A stretch of 64,000 bases of DNA, from the NCBI GenBank assembly GCA_964199315.1, contig OZ116698.1, positions 36,704,001 to 36,768,000 on the forward strand. Direction: 5' to 3'. The notes under the pieces are model-generated. The model had not been told where the DNA came from. It made no database searches and worked only from the letters and a program-made list of their open reading frames with translations. Shown here piece by piece: positions 12,001 through 23,613 of the stretch. Position numbers and translations under genes: made by a program. The stretch is from Orbicella franksi. Taxonomy: Eukaryota. Numbering within the stretch: the first letter of the stretch is position 1; the number at the start of each line of letters is the position of its first letter.

Positions 12001-15000
12001 CAAGTCCATAGATCTAGTTCACAATAGGTAGCGACTGAAGAAATAGCGAAAACCAGTAGATCGCAAGTAGTTGTAGCAGATACGAATAGGAGTAGTAGTC
12101 ATACAAGTAGATGTAGTAGTAGGTTCGAACTGAAAAGCGATAGTTAAGAATACGTCCTACTTAGATAAGGCTTAAAATACAAATCTAACAGGATAGAAAA
12201 ATCATAATAAAACTAACAAGATCACAGCGTGAAACAAATAGACGTGACAATTGATACTTGAAACTAATAAAACTGAGACGATAACAACTCTTGCTGTAAC
12301 AAACGAAGATATCAACAGCTATCGCGCAAAATAGCTAAATATAGCGTGAAAGAATCACAATTGGTAATCATATGACAATAAGCCTTAGCAATAGTAGAGC
12401 TGTGAAAGCGATTTCAACAAAACCTAGATAAACTAAATGAAACCTTTTCGTGATAAAGAAAAGAATAACAATTCGCGGCTTAGCGAACAACTACAACAAT
12501 AAGAACTTACGTACTTTGGTTGACGACTCGCACCAAAAGGTAGCAGAGAGACAGCGAAATACACTTGAAATAGCGGTAACTTGGATCCTGTGATCGTAGC
12601 ACGGTAGCGGTGTAACTTCACTAACAATCTCTGACTAAAAGAAGTTGCGCGTCTTCTTATATTGCCTATGCTACGTGAAAAAACTAGGGCGTTGTGAGAA
12701 ACGTGGCGCCCACAATAAAGACAACTTCCTAGCGGCAAAATTTCTAGAACTATTACATACGTGTGAAAATCACGATTTTATGAAAGCTTTGATTTTGAAA
12801 TCACGTACTTGGCTTGAATAATAACTGATAATAAATCAGTAGGAAGTTGCAAAGTAAATTGATAAATGATCGGCGTTTCAAAACTAACAATAACAATATG
12901 GCCACTACAGGGTGGGTAATACAAAAGGATCTTACAATACCTGCAGTTGCCGATCCACTTCCACTAGTATCTTTGTCAGCAGCTAGAAGAGCATACAATG
13001 GTAATGGTGGAACAGACAAAGCTCCTTCTTTCTCATCGCCCTCCAATCCATTGAGATCTGGTTCACTACTGCTAGAGACATTCCCAATGCTCTTCATGCT
13101 GCTCATGCTGCTAAGGCGTGGCCTGTTGTGTGATGACTGGTCAAGGACTTTTGTTGCTGCTTCCATGGCTTCTCGTCCAACCACACAACAAACCTGACAA
13201 AGTTTTACAAGACAAAATTAACATTTACTATGAACCACAGATCTTTGTTTTTCAGTATGTACAGCCCACAGCTTCTATAGCGAAACTGACTGTGGACAAC
13301 TGGGAATACCACACGCAGATTACATATACAGTACATTCACATATCTAATACTTAGTCTAGTAAGAGGTGAACCGTGAAATCTTATTCAAATCCTTACCAA
13401 ATGATGCAATATAGCTCGGACCCTTCTCAGTTTGCCAAAGTTCATCAGTTCCATCAGATGTTTGGGATGAAACTGTGGCAAAACAGGAGCGATTGTGGCA
13501 GCTCCTTCAAACAGACCAATCCCGCTTCCAGGTGTCAATGAAAGAGGAACCAGTTGTCCTGTCCCACCCCTTGAGGCTTCGCTAACCTTCTGCAAGGTTG
13601 CAGTAGGAGCAAATGTCATAGTGTCTGAGGGAGAAAGGGTGCCATCCGTGGCTGCCCTCCACTGTGAATAGACCTGCATTTCAGTGCCAAGCCCAACAAC
13701 AAGGACTCCATTTCGAATCCAGGACAATGCTCTGGTCAGCAGCTGCCACTTATTTTCTGATGTTAAATGGACACTGTGAAGGAGGAGCCATGTTTCCTTC
13801 CCAGTGGAAGAACTCTCCCCTCTTACAGATGTGTTTGCTATTCTTGAAGCACAGCCAAGAATAAACACTTCACTACCGATACAGACTGTTAGGACGTACG
13901 AGCCATCTTCCGCCGAAGTCCACTCTAAACGAATCTGTGAGTCATCTGTGACAAACTTGCAATCAAGTTTTAAGGTATCCTCCAGAACCCAGTCCATTCC
14001 ACCAGATGATTCGTTCTCCCAGATGCAAACTGAAAGATCTGGCTTGCCTGTTCCTTGGGCTTCGGACTTCCTGATAAGTGTGGCAATTCTCCCAGTGTAT
14101 GCGCAGCTAAGAGAAAGCACTTCACCAGGGGCATCCAAACCTAAAACACGGCCATCAAGCTGCTTCTTCAAATGAGAGTATTTCCGTCCATCTGACAGCC
14201 AAGAGGTCTCTTGCCACACAAACTGATTCTCAGAGACAATTTCCCTGCAAGACCAGAACCTAACTTTCCCATCAGAACATGACGAAGTGAACAAGTACTG
14301 TGCTGGGCATGTCGGATTAACTGCAGAGGAAGACATCTTATCTGCAGCTCTGGTGGCTGTAGTGATGGTTGTCCCTTTAGGAAGTGGAAGTCTCTGACAG
14401 CACACTCTCCTTGATACAATGCTGCTGGTTACATGTCCCGACTGTGGCAAGTTAAGGGGGCTTACACTTCGGTTGGATGCACTACTGCTGCTTCTGCTGA
14501 TAGGCTGTACAACCTCAGGGTATGCTGATATCGACTCCAAGCCTGATCCCTTCACATTCACTTCTGGTTTTGTCGCAGTTACAGTCACCTGCCACATGTA
14601 AATCATAGACACAGTGTCGTTGTCTTCATCAATGACATTTTCAATGCCAACAATGTAAAAGGTGTCTTCTGATTTCCGTGAACTTTGCTGTTGGTCCTCC
14701 TCATTTTCACAGTTCTGCTTATCATGTGAAAAAAGGCATGATGACTTCACAGAACTCTCAGTGAAAACGTGCAGCAACAGGGGTTCTCGTAGGACATCTT
14801 TAGAATCAGCTAATGAACAAAGCTTAAGAATACATCCAGGTGTTGCCCCTGACTGTCTGCTCACTATGGACTCAATAAAGCATTCAATTGGAACTGAGCT
14901 GCTTGGGCTTTCAAAGTCCAATGAGTCTAGGCTTCCCTCACTACCACTAGAGTACAGAGTTGAACGTGTTCTGGACTTGTTGCTTGAAATATAGCCTTGT

Positions 15001-18000
15001 AAAGTTCTGGCATCAAGGATAACTTGGTAAAATCTGTAACAAGTTCCATCTAGGGCCAAGAAACATGCGCAAGGGGCTACAGCATGGGGTGGTATTGAAG
15101 TAGTGCTGTCAAATGAAATCAGTGAGTATGAGAATAACGTTGGAACCCAAGCTATGTTCATAAAAGCATTGGGACGTGATGAGTTTACACGTGTAAGCTC
15201 CATGACTCCACCACTCTGTCGCAAGGGCGATACACTTTCAACCTTCCAGACAATGAGTTCATTGCAATGCAGCTTTCGAGTTTTGTCTCTATTGCCATCC
15301 AATAGGCTTAACAAATCTACATTGTTCCAACTGTCCTCTCCCTTCCTCACCTCCATTTCGTGGCTTGACGTTGAAAGCATCAACGGTAATTCTGGATGTG
15401 CTAAAATGTTCGTTATAGGATACCTATGTCCACATCTACGTGCGTGATGAGAAACACTAACTACAGTAGAAAACGATGAGTTGTCAGCAAATGCAAGTTG
15501 CCATAGGTTGAGCGCACCGTCCCTGTGTGTGGATATCATGATCGCTGTGGGATGTGTCCCTCCGGTGGAACTCCCAAAACTTGATCGGGAAATGTTCAGA
15601 GCCATGCCACCAACTTTGGGTGTTATCCTCTGACCTGCAGAAGCATTGTCATTCTTATTTAACATCACATTTCTCAGAGCCATCACTTTGTCCTCTCTGG
15701 GACAGTACACAATGAGTTTGTTTAAAAGTGAGTTTGCATCAGCAGGAGGAAGGACATTTGGAATCCGAGATAAAAAACTAACTTGAGGCTGTCTGTACGG
15801 AACACCATTCTGAACATCAAGCCATTCAACAAGCCACACTAACAGTGAACCGTCGACTGGATGCACAGCAAGAAGTGTGTCCAAACTGTTGTACCACTCA
15901 TGAAGCAGGTTTCCAATACATGAAGATACAACTACAGCATAAGTACTTGATTCTTCAATGTCACTTAGCGTGTCATCTTGAAGGTGCTTCAAGTAATCTA
16001 GTGGAGTTCTTGCTCTCGGTGAATATGGTGGTTTGAATTCTTTTGTCCTCTCTGGGGTTTGTTTCTCTTTCTTGCGGGTTACAGCTGGGGATGCTTGAAA
16101 GGAAAAGAAGATCAAATTTTAGTGAAGACTTTTGCCATGAGAGGATGAAAAGTGAGAGTGTTAACTCTCATATAGGCCTTACTTCCCAGGTAATCCTGCT
16201 CATGACAAGCGGTGTTTAGAAATTAGTCAATCCTGTGACATGGATTTTGCTCATGTGGACAGCTCTAGCAGTGTAGCATGCATCCTCCTACACAAAATAT
16301 ATCCAAACAATGTGTGGTAGCCTTGCCCATGGATGGGTAACATATCTAACTCAAGAGATTAACTTGAGAAAAAGGCCTTTGCGGGAGATTAACTCTCTCA
16401 CCCTTCATGGTCTCTTATGTTTGCATCTGAACCTTTGTGAAATAATTTTCAATTGGCAAAACAAGAAATACTGTAAGTGACTTTCAGGACTTCACAAAAG
16501 AAGGATGCCACTTTTATCCTGTTCTTCTCTATCTGATACTCAAACATTTGCGACAGTGAAATTTGCATTGCACAAGTCCAGAAGGTATGATGAAGGTATG
16601 ATATATCATGTACATGATGAGCGATGCAGCAGACCCTGGTGTACAGAATCTTACGTTCACAATTATTGAGGATCATACAAGATCTTTAAAGGTCTACTAA
16701 AGATCGCTCAAGATCTTACATTAACAATTGCTGCAAGATGTTTGACAGATCTTGCAAAGATCTATGCAACGATCCTTCAGGGCCTTCAACCATCTTGGCA
16801 AGATCTTTGAGCAAAATCTTTGAAGGATCCTTGAAGATCCATAAGGATCTTGGTTACGATCGTACACCCATAAAGTTTCTTGGCCAGGGTCTTCATGATC
16901 TTAATTACATCTCCATGACAGAAACCGTAAGATCCTCAAGAATGCTGGAAAGACTTTCCACAGGGGAGGCCCCACTTAGCTTAGTCCCTCACCAATTTTC
17001 TTTGTACTGTATTCCATTAAGGGGGATTTTCATCGGCTAGTGCATCTATAGTAGCAGTGAAACCTAAGCTACATGTACCTAGAGAGCCACCCAACAGTGT
17101 TCAATGCACAGTACATGTACATGCTCTCCCTAACCTGTTCACACATGTTTGAAGATAGAAACATGATTTTAACATTCTCAAGTTTTCTGCTGTGGACACT
17201 TACGCTTGGGGGAATCCAAAACATCCTCATCACTGGGTACTAAGAGCTCTGCTTCACTGCTGCTTATGGACGAGTCGTCACTGACATCAACACTCTCTAC
17301 TTCAAGAGCAAGCACAGGAGCACCAAGACATGACTCAGCTGCCATAGTGAACTGGATTTCCTTGTTATTCAGCCAATGTAGAACAAAACTGCTGTGATTA
17401 CTGTCTGAGATAGAACAAAGTGATGACAGCAGCGGGATATCGCTCAAGGGATTTACTGCCACAGCAATGTGAAATTGCAGAGAAGATGAAAGCTGGTATC
17501 TTAGTAGAGGATCAGTCGATGGATCATCCTTTGTTTGAGATTTTTTCTGCTGCTGGGATAAATGCCACAGACACTTGTGGTTGTTCTTTGTGGGATGGGA
17601 GAGTAAGTCATTGTGGTCACCTTGTTTGATTGACTCACACCAGATGCGACACACATTGTCAGTGCAGGATGTTAAGAGACAATTGGCGACAGTGGAGCTG
17701 GCAAGTAATAATAATAACAATGACAACCTTGAGATTGTTCACATCTAACAAGAATTTAATAGTCATCAAAATGTAATTAACCTGACAGGATAATCCTTTG
17801 CTGTTAAGAACAGAAAAAGGTTAAAACATTGCAACTAAAAGGTAATTTTTGACAATGAGCATAAAAAGACCATTACATACATTGGCATGTATTTGCTGGT
17901 CTTTCTCCAGGAAATTCCAGTCACAGGGCCAGGATGTGCCAGGTAAACAAAAGTGTAGTCCAAAATGCCATTGCTTTTAAACTGGTTCATGCTCTGCAGC

Positions 18001-21000
18001 TCTTCACTCTCAAACCGTGGGTTGACTAAAAAAATGTTCAAGAGGATTTACTACAGGTGAAGTCTCTATTAAGCCTCCAGTAAGACACCAGTAATTTCCT
18101 TTGCTGTTAATTTATTGAGAGAACAACAGGAAGGGGAGAGGCTTGCAGCTAAATAAATTTCTCACCCAAAGGAGGAGGAGCTTTTAAGATACACTGTAGG
18201 CTAAAATTTTTGGGAGTCAGGACCTCATAGAAATTTTATAGCAACCAAATTATAAGAAGGAGCCTGTTAGTCAATAGCATACTGTACCTAGAATTGTAGG
18301 CAAGCAATCTGTGCAGAGGACTGTGTATATGCAGCAGTAGTGCTTTGCATGCATTGTGGACTTATGATGCTAGGTAGTATTTGTAACTTTGCTTGAGGAA
18401 ACATTCATTTAATACTTATCTGTTTAACGGTTAAAAACAGCTGGATAGTTAATTAAAGGTGAAGAGCCTACAAAGTATTTCCCTTCCGACTGATGGCATT
18501 CAACATTTGATGCTCCCTGAGTACACAATACAGGCAAAGGTTGTGAGCCTGTTTATCCACTAGGAGAAATGTTCAGGAGTTGCATTCAAAGGTTACATGT
18601 ATTTGTAGACCTAGGATTAACCCAAGACTAGTTATTGAAACTCACCTTGATTGTTGTCAAACCAGACTTTAACAAGCCTGTCATGCTGAAATAACACAAA
18701 AACTGATTACTTCTTAACTATGGTACTCTATTGTGTATAGCCAGAACAGTTCACCCATTGGGCTAACTGGTGATGATAAAATAAACAGTACCTCAATTTA
18801 ATTAATGGCTGAAATATTTTTTTCTGATACCTTTCCTACAGATGAAAAATACTGCCCATCTGGAGAAAACTGAAGAAGATGGACTGGGACAGAAGGTCTG
18901 AATGAAAAGGAAAAAACAGTTAGCACCGTGCATGTACATTGTGTAGCCTTCTTTAAGTGTCAGAACCACTTAGTGTAAACTTTTACGAAGAAAGTGGTCC
19001 AGCTGTTTCTAATGGAAAATTCTTTTCTCATTCTCTGTAAATTTAGTAAACTGTACAAGATATGCCATGTTTTAACTGGGGCTAGGCAAAAAAATGTTAG
19101 TTTTAAGGGTTCATGTAACTGGATAAAACTTATTGTCGTATCACATTGCCAATATGTGTGCTAGATATGTGTCGAATGTTGAGATATTAATGAAATATCA
19201 CAAGAACAAAGTGGGATAATTCATCAATTATCATTTGCATTACTTTTGCACAGTGCTGTTACATACTTGCATGCCCAAATACATGTCCAGAACACATCCT
19301 CCTCCAGCAAGTCTCTTTGTTCATGGTACTCTTCACAGCTCCAGAGCTGCATAAAGTCACCACCCACAAGAAGCCGTTTACCTAGAATATTCATATGTAA
19401 TACAAGACATCTGGTAACTATGCAACATTAAGAAAGATGAGATATTCCACTATTTGAAATTTCTGTAATTTCTGGGAAAAATTGATACGGTAACCGTAAC
19501 TATTACTACCGTTAAGAAAATTGAAAACAATAAACATTACCTAATTATGTTATTGTTCAGTTTGTTACAGAAAGCAACACTAATATACGTGTATTTAATA
19601 CTTAATATATATTAATAAAAAACGTTCCGTTCTTTCATAGGAAGACATTGTTTCATGTATCTAATAACAGTTTGCTTTGCTGACTTATTGATTATGCATT
19701 ATTTCTGTATTGCTTTCAAAAATGGGTGGATATTTGGGAGGACAAGAAAACATGTTGTGGCAACATTCAAACCTCTGAACCTATGCAAGAATTTAAAATC
19801 TAGAGATTATAACCAAACAAACATCACAAACCCTATGGCCCAACACAGTGACGGTTAACTGCGAGTACATTGTACAAAAGTACAACCCTGCATTTCAATC
19901 ATCATTTTCAAGAATCAAAGTTGGTTCTACATGTATAGCTGTTAAATGTATAATGAATCACTATGTGTTTCAACTCTATAGAAACATGGACAAAGTATGT
20001 TGTTTATTGTCAATTTCCATTACAAAACAATGTCTTTTTATGTTAATTTTCTTCACAAAAACACTGCAAAGAAAAGCTTAATTTCCTGTGAGTTGGACAT
20101 GTGGCTTAGTCTGCCAACCAAAGCACAAATATATTTGCATGTCACAGTCATGTGTTTTTAATCTTATAGAAAGTCATATGTACATGTATGTTGATATGCT
20201 AACATTACACAGTAAAAAGTTGCTATCACTAAATAAAGCTTTAAAATCGTTAACATTTTAACATTCTACATGTCTTAAAGTTTACTGATATTTCACATAT
20301 AAATAACACACTTTTTGCATTTTAAATAATTGATTCTTACCTTCTCTATTCCATGACAAACATGTAATCCTGAAGTTAAGACAAAGTTCTGCTGACTTTT
20401 CCCAATGAAAGGGAAACCCCTTAAAGAAAAAATTGTAGAAGCCATTTAAAGTTAATGTTGGATTTTGTAAACAAAAACAAAAGTCAAGAATAAGATAACT
20501 GAAAACTAAAAAGTAGTACCAGTTTAAATGTTATGCAGTCATTTACTAACACTTACATGATTATTGTTGGCTGCTGCAGATTTGGCCTCAAATATCATAA
20601 CCTGCTTTCCATAAGATGCTGCAATCTGTTAAAGGAAATTTATTCACCATACATACGTCAATTTGAAAGAGTAGAAATAATCCTAGTCGCTTCATGCTAC
20701 AGCAACCAGGATAAGCTCCCACCTGATGGGCCACTTGGCTTATATGCAGACTTTACCTTTGCCAATTTTAATACCACCATTTAAATACAAGAGAAACATT
20801 TATTACTTATGGTTATACAGCAACATCTGGTCCAATGATAGGTATCATGAAAACTACATAGTATTACATGTATTTTGTGAATTTGTCAAAATTCATCCCA
20901 AAGCCTTGCTTTCAAGTAACTGTAATTTTTTATTTATTTTCTTTTTTCTTTTTTTTTTTTTTCACACTCTGTAAGCATCTCTGTAAGCATTGTCTTAAAA

Positions 21001-23422
21001 CTTGCTGCTTTGGAAATTTCTTGTTGAGAAACTTTACAGGTGTACGGGTTCTTTCTATCTTAGTAAACTATTATTTTCAGGTTTCCTTTAAAGGTAATTT
21101 TGCACGTGGTCAAAATATTTCAAAATGCAGTGACTGAGCTCCTTTAAAAGCAAATGCCTGGGAGCAAAACTAGCAAATAATTTAGACAGAGGTGTAAAGG
21201 TTCCCCACAGTATTCCCAATATTCACAACATTCACCACAATATTTTAGCATGGTCTGGTTTTGTATTATACCATATTTGGTGTACTCTTACACCTATAAT
21301 CTGACACAAAATTAAAGAAGGGCTTATAAAATTACAATGATTTATGCTTGAAAACAAACAAGAACTAAGCAGTATGGATTTTATACCTTTCCATCAGAAT
21401 CACAACAGTTGATGCAGCTGACTTCTTTATAGCCATACAAAGACCCTGGGATAATCTGTACTCTGGTGAACCCACTCAACAGAATAACAACATCACAACC
21501 AGATGCATATGCCTGTGAAAACAAATAAGACAAGACAAACATTGTTGGTTAATTTTAATAATAATGCTTCCATACGTATATGTATAATTCTAAACAAAAT
21601 GTTACAACTGATCATTATTTTTACAGCACTCCATTCTTTCTACATGTAGCTTACAAGCCAGGTTACATAAATTGAATGTACAACGTCATAGGCCATAATT
21701 TGCCATGAAAATTTCCTGCCTAGTCTCTGTTTACAATGTAAAAGTTCTTTCCAATAATATTTCCAGTCTGTTAATTTTGCCAGCAACCTTTTTGAATACT
21801 CCTTTTTCAATACACCTGCTCATAGCTTGTGAAGGTCAGCTAAATTTACAACACAGCCAGTAAAACTGTGCAATTTAAATCAATACCATAAGCATGCATC
21901 CATAACTCAATAGGCTCACAAACCATTTTTCCTCTTTCCTTATGTGGATCAAAACAGTTTCCAGCAGTTAGATTTTGATGGGTCATTATAACAACTCTTT
22001 ATCACTTGATACTACAATCATGGTATCAAAAACTACCCTGCACTCATTGGTGAACATATTGTTATCATTTTCATGACACAATAGGTTACCATAGTAATAG
22101 TATGACCTGCCAAAAACACCCTTAATTACAGCTTTAGGGGTCTACAATTCAAAAACAGCAACATGAAATTTTTTTTGTATATATTATCAAATTGTAATTA
22201 GCATGATAAAATGCAACTTTTGGCAAAGTTTTTAAAAAATCTGTACGTAGGGTTCAGAGCCACCTTTAAGTTTTGAAAATTTAAGGTGGCTCTGAACCCT
22301 ATGTACAAAATTATTTTGAACTTTGCCAAAAGTTGCATCTTATCATGCTTATCAAAATTTGATAATAAGAAAAAATTGCACTGTGCCATTATTGTAGCAT
22401 CAAGTGATAAAGAGTGTTTGTAATGATCCTTCAAAATCTAAGTTATGGAAACTGTTTTGAGCCACCTTAAGCAAGAAAAATCCTGGTTAATATTGAAAGT
22501 GATCAACAATACTGAAGGTCTTTCCATGGGCTTTTTCAAGATCATCAAAGCTTTAGCAAAGTCAAGTTGTGCATCAGTACTACAATAAAGAGAATTTGTT
22601 TATAATCCCAAGACTCTTGTGAAAGAATTGATCCATGCATTTAGTTGTGGGTCTCTTGAGTTGTAGATGCACTAAGGAGTTTAGAAAGCATGCAAGCTGC
22701 TCTTGGTTACCCCTTTTAACAACTCTTAAAACTTTTCTTAAGCTCTCAAAACTCCCACATGCACTCCGTAATGTACATGTAATAGGCTCACGCACATTAA
22801 GCCTGAACCAGTGCTTAGGTGGAAAGTCTAGAGTTGACTTATATGAAGAACTTGATCAGAATCAGGGTTCCAGGAAGAAGTGAATATCTAGCCGATTCTG
22901 AAGTATAATCTCTTGTGGAACATCACTCTATCATTCATATTTTTCTGGTTAATACATGTAAATCTGAGTTCTGCAGTTTTGATTTCAATATATTGATAAA
23001 AGGCACTTGCCAAAAAAAGAATTATCTCGAAATCGAGTCAAAGTAAAGAAAATCAAAGCATATAGGCTGAAAGTAAAGCACTTGAAAAATAATCATATAT
23101 CTCGATCAAGTTTTATATGTATACAGGTAGCGTTCGTCGAATTTTTGAGCTTTAAATCTGGAAAAGTTATATGATAAGGTTAATTTTCAAAGACGATCCC
23201 ACACTATGGCTGAGGGGCACGAAAATATTTTCTTTCATTCAGCGGCAGTTGTATTATTCATATGACCATCTGCTGTCATCCGTGTGCATAACTCTTTGAT
23301 CCAAGACAAAATATCAAATTTACACTCACCGTAAAAGGGTGATCTTCCACGCTTCCAACATCGATTGCAGCCTTATCATCGAATGTGTTCGTTGCTCCAG
23401 TGAGCACTTGATGGAGTTTCAT
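1..23422 (-). CDS. DMXL2: DmX-like protein / rabconnectin-3 alpha (single DMXL1/DMXL2 co-ortholog; WD40 scaffold for V-ATPase assembly), 3' end beyond left edge
   Basis: 25 GT-AG exons joined in frame (2592 codons): 23330-23422, 21387-21512, 20557-20625, 20341-20419, 19267-19381, 18831-18897, 18646-18685, 17881-18025, 17204-17697, 13398-16093, 12941-13193, 10731-10924, 10317-10482, 9938-10146, 9065-9235, 8419-8516, 7896-8061, 7265-7412, 5478-6620, 4735-4896, 3866-4061, 3288-3463, 2041-2349, 810-1042, <1-228. Recognised motifs: MKLHQVLTGA N-terminus, AYASGCDVVIL, FVYLAHPGPVTGISWRKTSKYMP, VLPQFHPKHLMELMNFGKLRRVRAILHHL, Rav1p_C-type DECGLRFLLAMR and DRWRKAALKNAYSLLGKQRF, DPFLRSIAYWIMKDY. Confidence 0.96.
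310..398. repeat. Short tandem repeat of ~9-10 bp units (GTGTCACAT/GTGTCACGT) in a DMXL intron
   Basis: Directly visible repeated tgtcac/tgttac motifs. Explains the spurious TCV/HVSR ORFs in the track. Confidence 0.8.
2544..2941. mobile_element. hAT-like MITE (CAGGGTT.CCACAG termini)
   Basis: Left catggttgacacag; right ctgtggtaaccctg (reverse complement cagggttaccacag); internal ttccctgac sub-terminal repeats. No clean TSD. Confidence 0.55.
4310..4545 (+). mobile_element. tRNA-derived CORE-like SINE, degenerate copy
   Basis: B-box ggttcgagcac, cagagtgcctctctccacc, gggggtaac..tagcatcccatccagggggg, all shared with the copies at 34471 and 48514. Confidence 0.7.
7685..7832. mobile_element. Palindromic MITE
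   Basis: Arms atatatcaaacac..gtgtttcatcgg..aaacacc and ggtgttt..ccgatgaaacac..tgtttgatatat are inverted repeats. Confidence 0.65.
9280..9925. repeat. Degenerate ~21-22 bp tandem array (gagtgtctgctta..ggt) filling the DMXL intron 9236-9937
   Basis: Recurring gtgtctgctt / tgtccact / gtccgctt motifs at roughly regular spacing. Confidence 0.55.
10990..11460. repeat. Intronic minisatellite: 9-bp units (ggtggcaag-like) organised into an 81-bp higher-order repeat, five full copies
   Basis: gatggcaga/gatggtgag unit starts at 11019, 11100, 11181, 11262, 11343 and 11424 (exact 81-bp spacing). Lies in DMXL intron 10925-12940. Confidence 0.9.
11949..12757. mobile_element. Candidate solo LTR or other young insertion in a DMXL intron
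   Basis: Bounded by TGTGAGA...TATTACA (TG..CA). CpG-rich against a CpG-poor host gene. Minus strand shows a TATA-like caatataag then T-rich sequence. No TSD identified. Confidence 0.4.
16634..16965. mobile_element. MITE with CCCTG termini and an internal AAGATCTT/AAGATCC array
   Basis: Left ccctggtgtacagaatctt; right aagactttccacaggg; many (a)agatc(t/c) motifs between them. Confidence 0.55.
20670..20760 (+). mobile_element. 3' fragment of the CORE-like SINE
   Basis: gagtagaaataatcctagtcgcttcatgctac..ctgatgggccacttggc..gcagactttaccttt matches the tail of the 34471 copy, with CpG decay. Confidence 0.8.
21040..21148 (-). mobile_element. Kolobok-like MITE fragment (copy 1 of 3)
   Basis: Reverse complement ttaaaggagctcagtcac..aaattacctttaaaggaaacctgaaa matches the copies at 26003 and 29115. 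Confidence 0.7.
21925..22490. mobile_element. Fold-back element with nested inverted repeats in DMXL intron 1
   Basis: Inner arms ~22197-22275 and ~22281-22355 (gcatgataa..tgcaacttttggcaaag..gtagggttcagagccacct and its complement). Outer arms ~21952-22020 and ~22392-22460. Confidence 0.75.
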
Positions 23423-23613
23423 CCTTCACAGATCAAACCACAGCCTCATCTTTGAATTGAAAACAATAGAAACTCCAGTTCCTGAAGTAGCAGGCCGCCA
23501 TTTTGCCTCAACTCGACTTTGCGACAGTGGCTAATGGGTATATCCGCTGTTCGTTCTGGAACTGATCGCAGAAGCAGGAAGCTCAGCGGTTTATTCCATT
23601 GGACGAATGCAAG
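23423..23613. promoter_or_regulatory. Compact bidirectional promoter / 5' leaders shared by DMXL and DTWD2
   Basis: 191 bp between divergent start codons. YY1-like GCCGCCATTTTG at 23494-23505 and AAGATGGCGG across the DTWD2 start codon. Region is CpG-rich relative to both gene bodies. Confidence 0.7.

Noticed and set aside
16165-16312. Possible extra DMXL exon
   Set aside because: Stops in all frames tested. Exon 17204 splices in phase directly to 16093.
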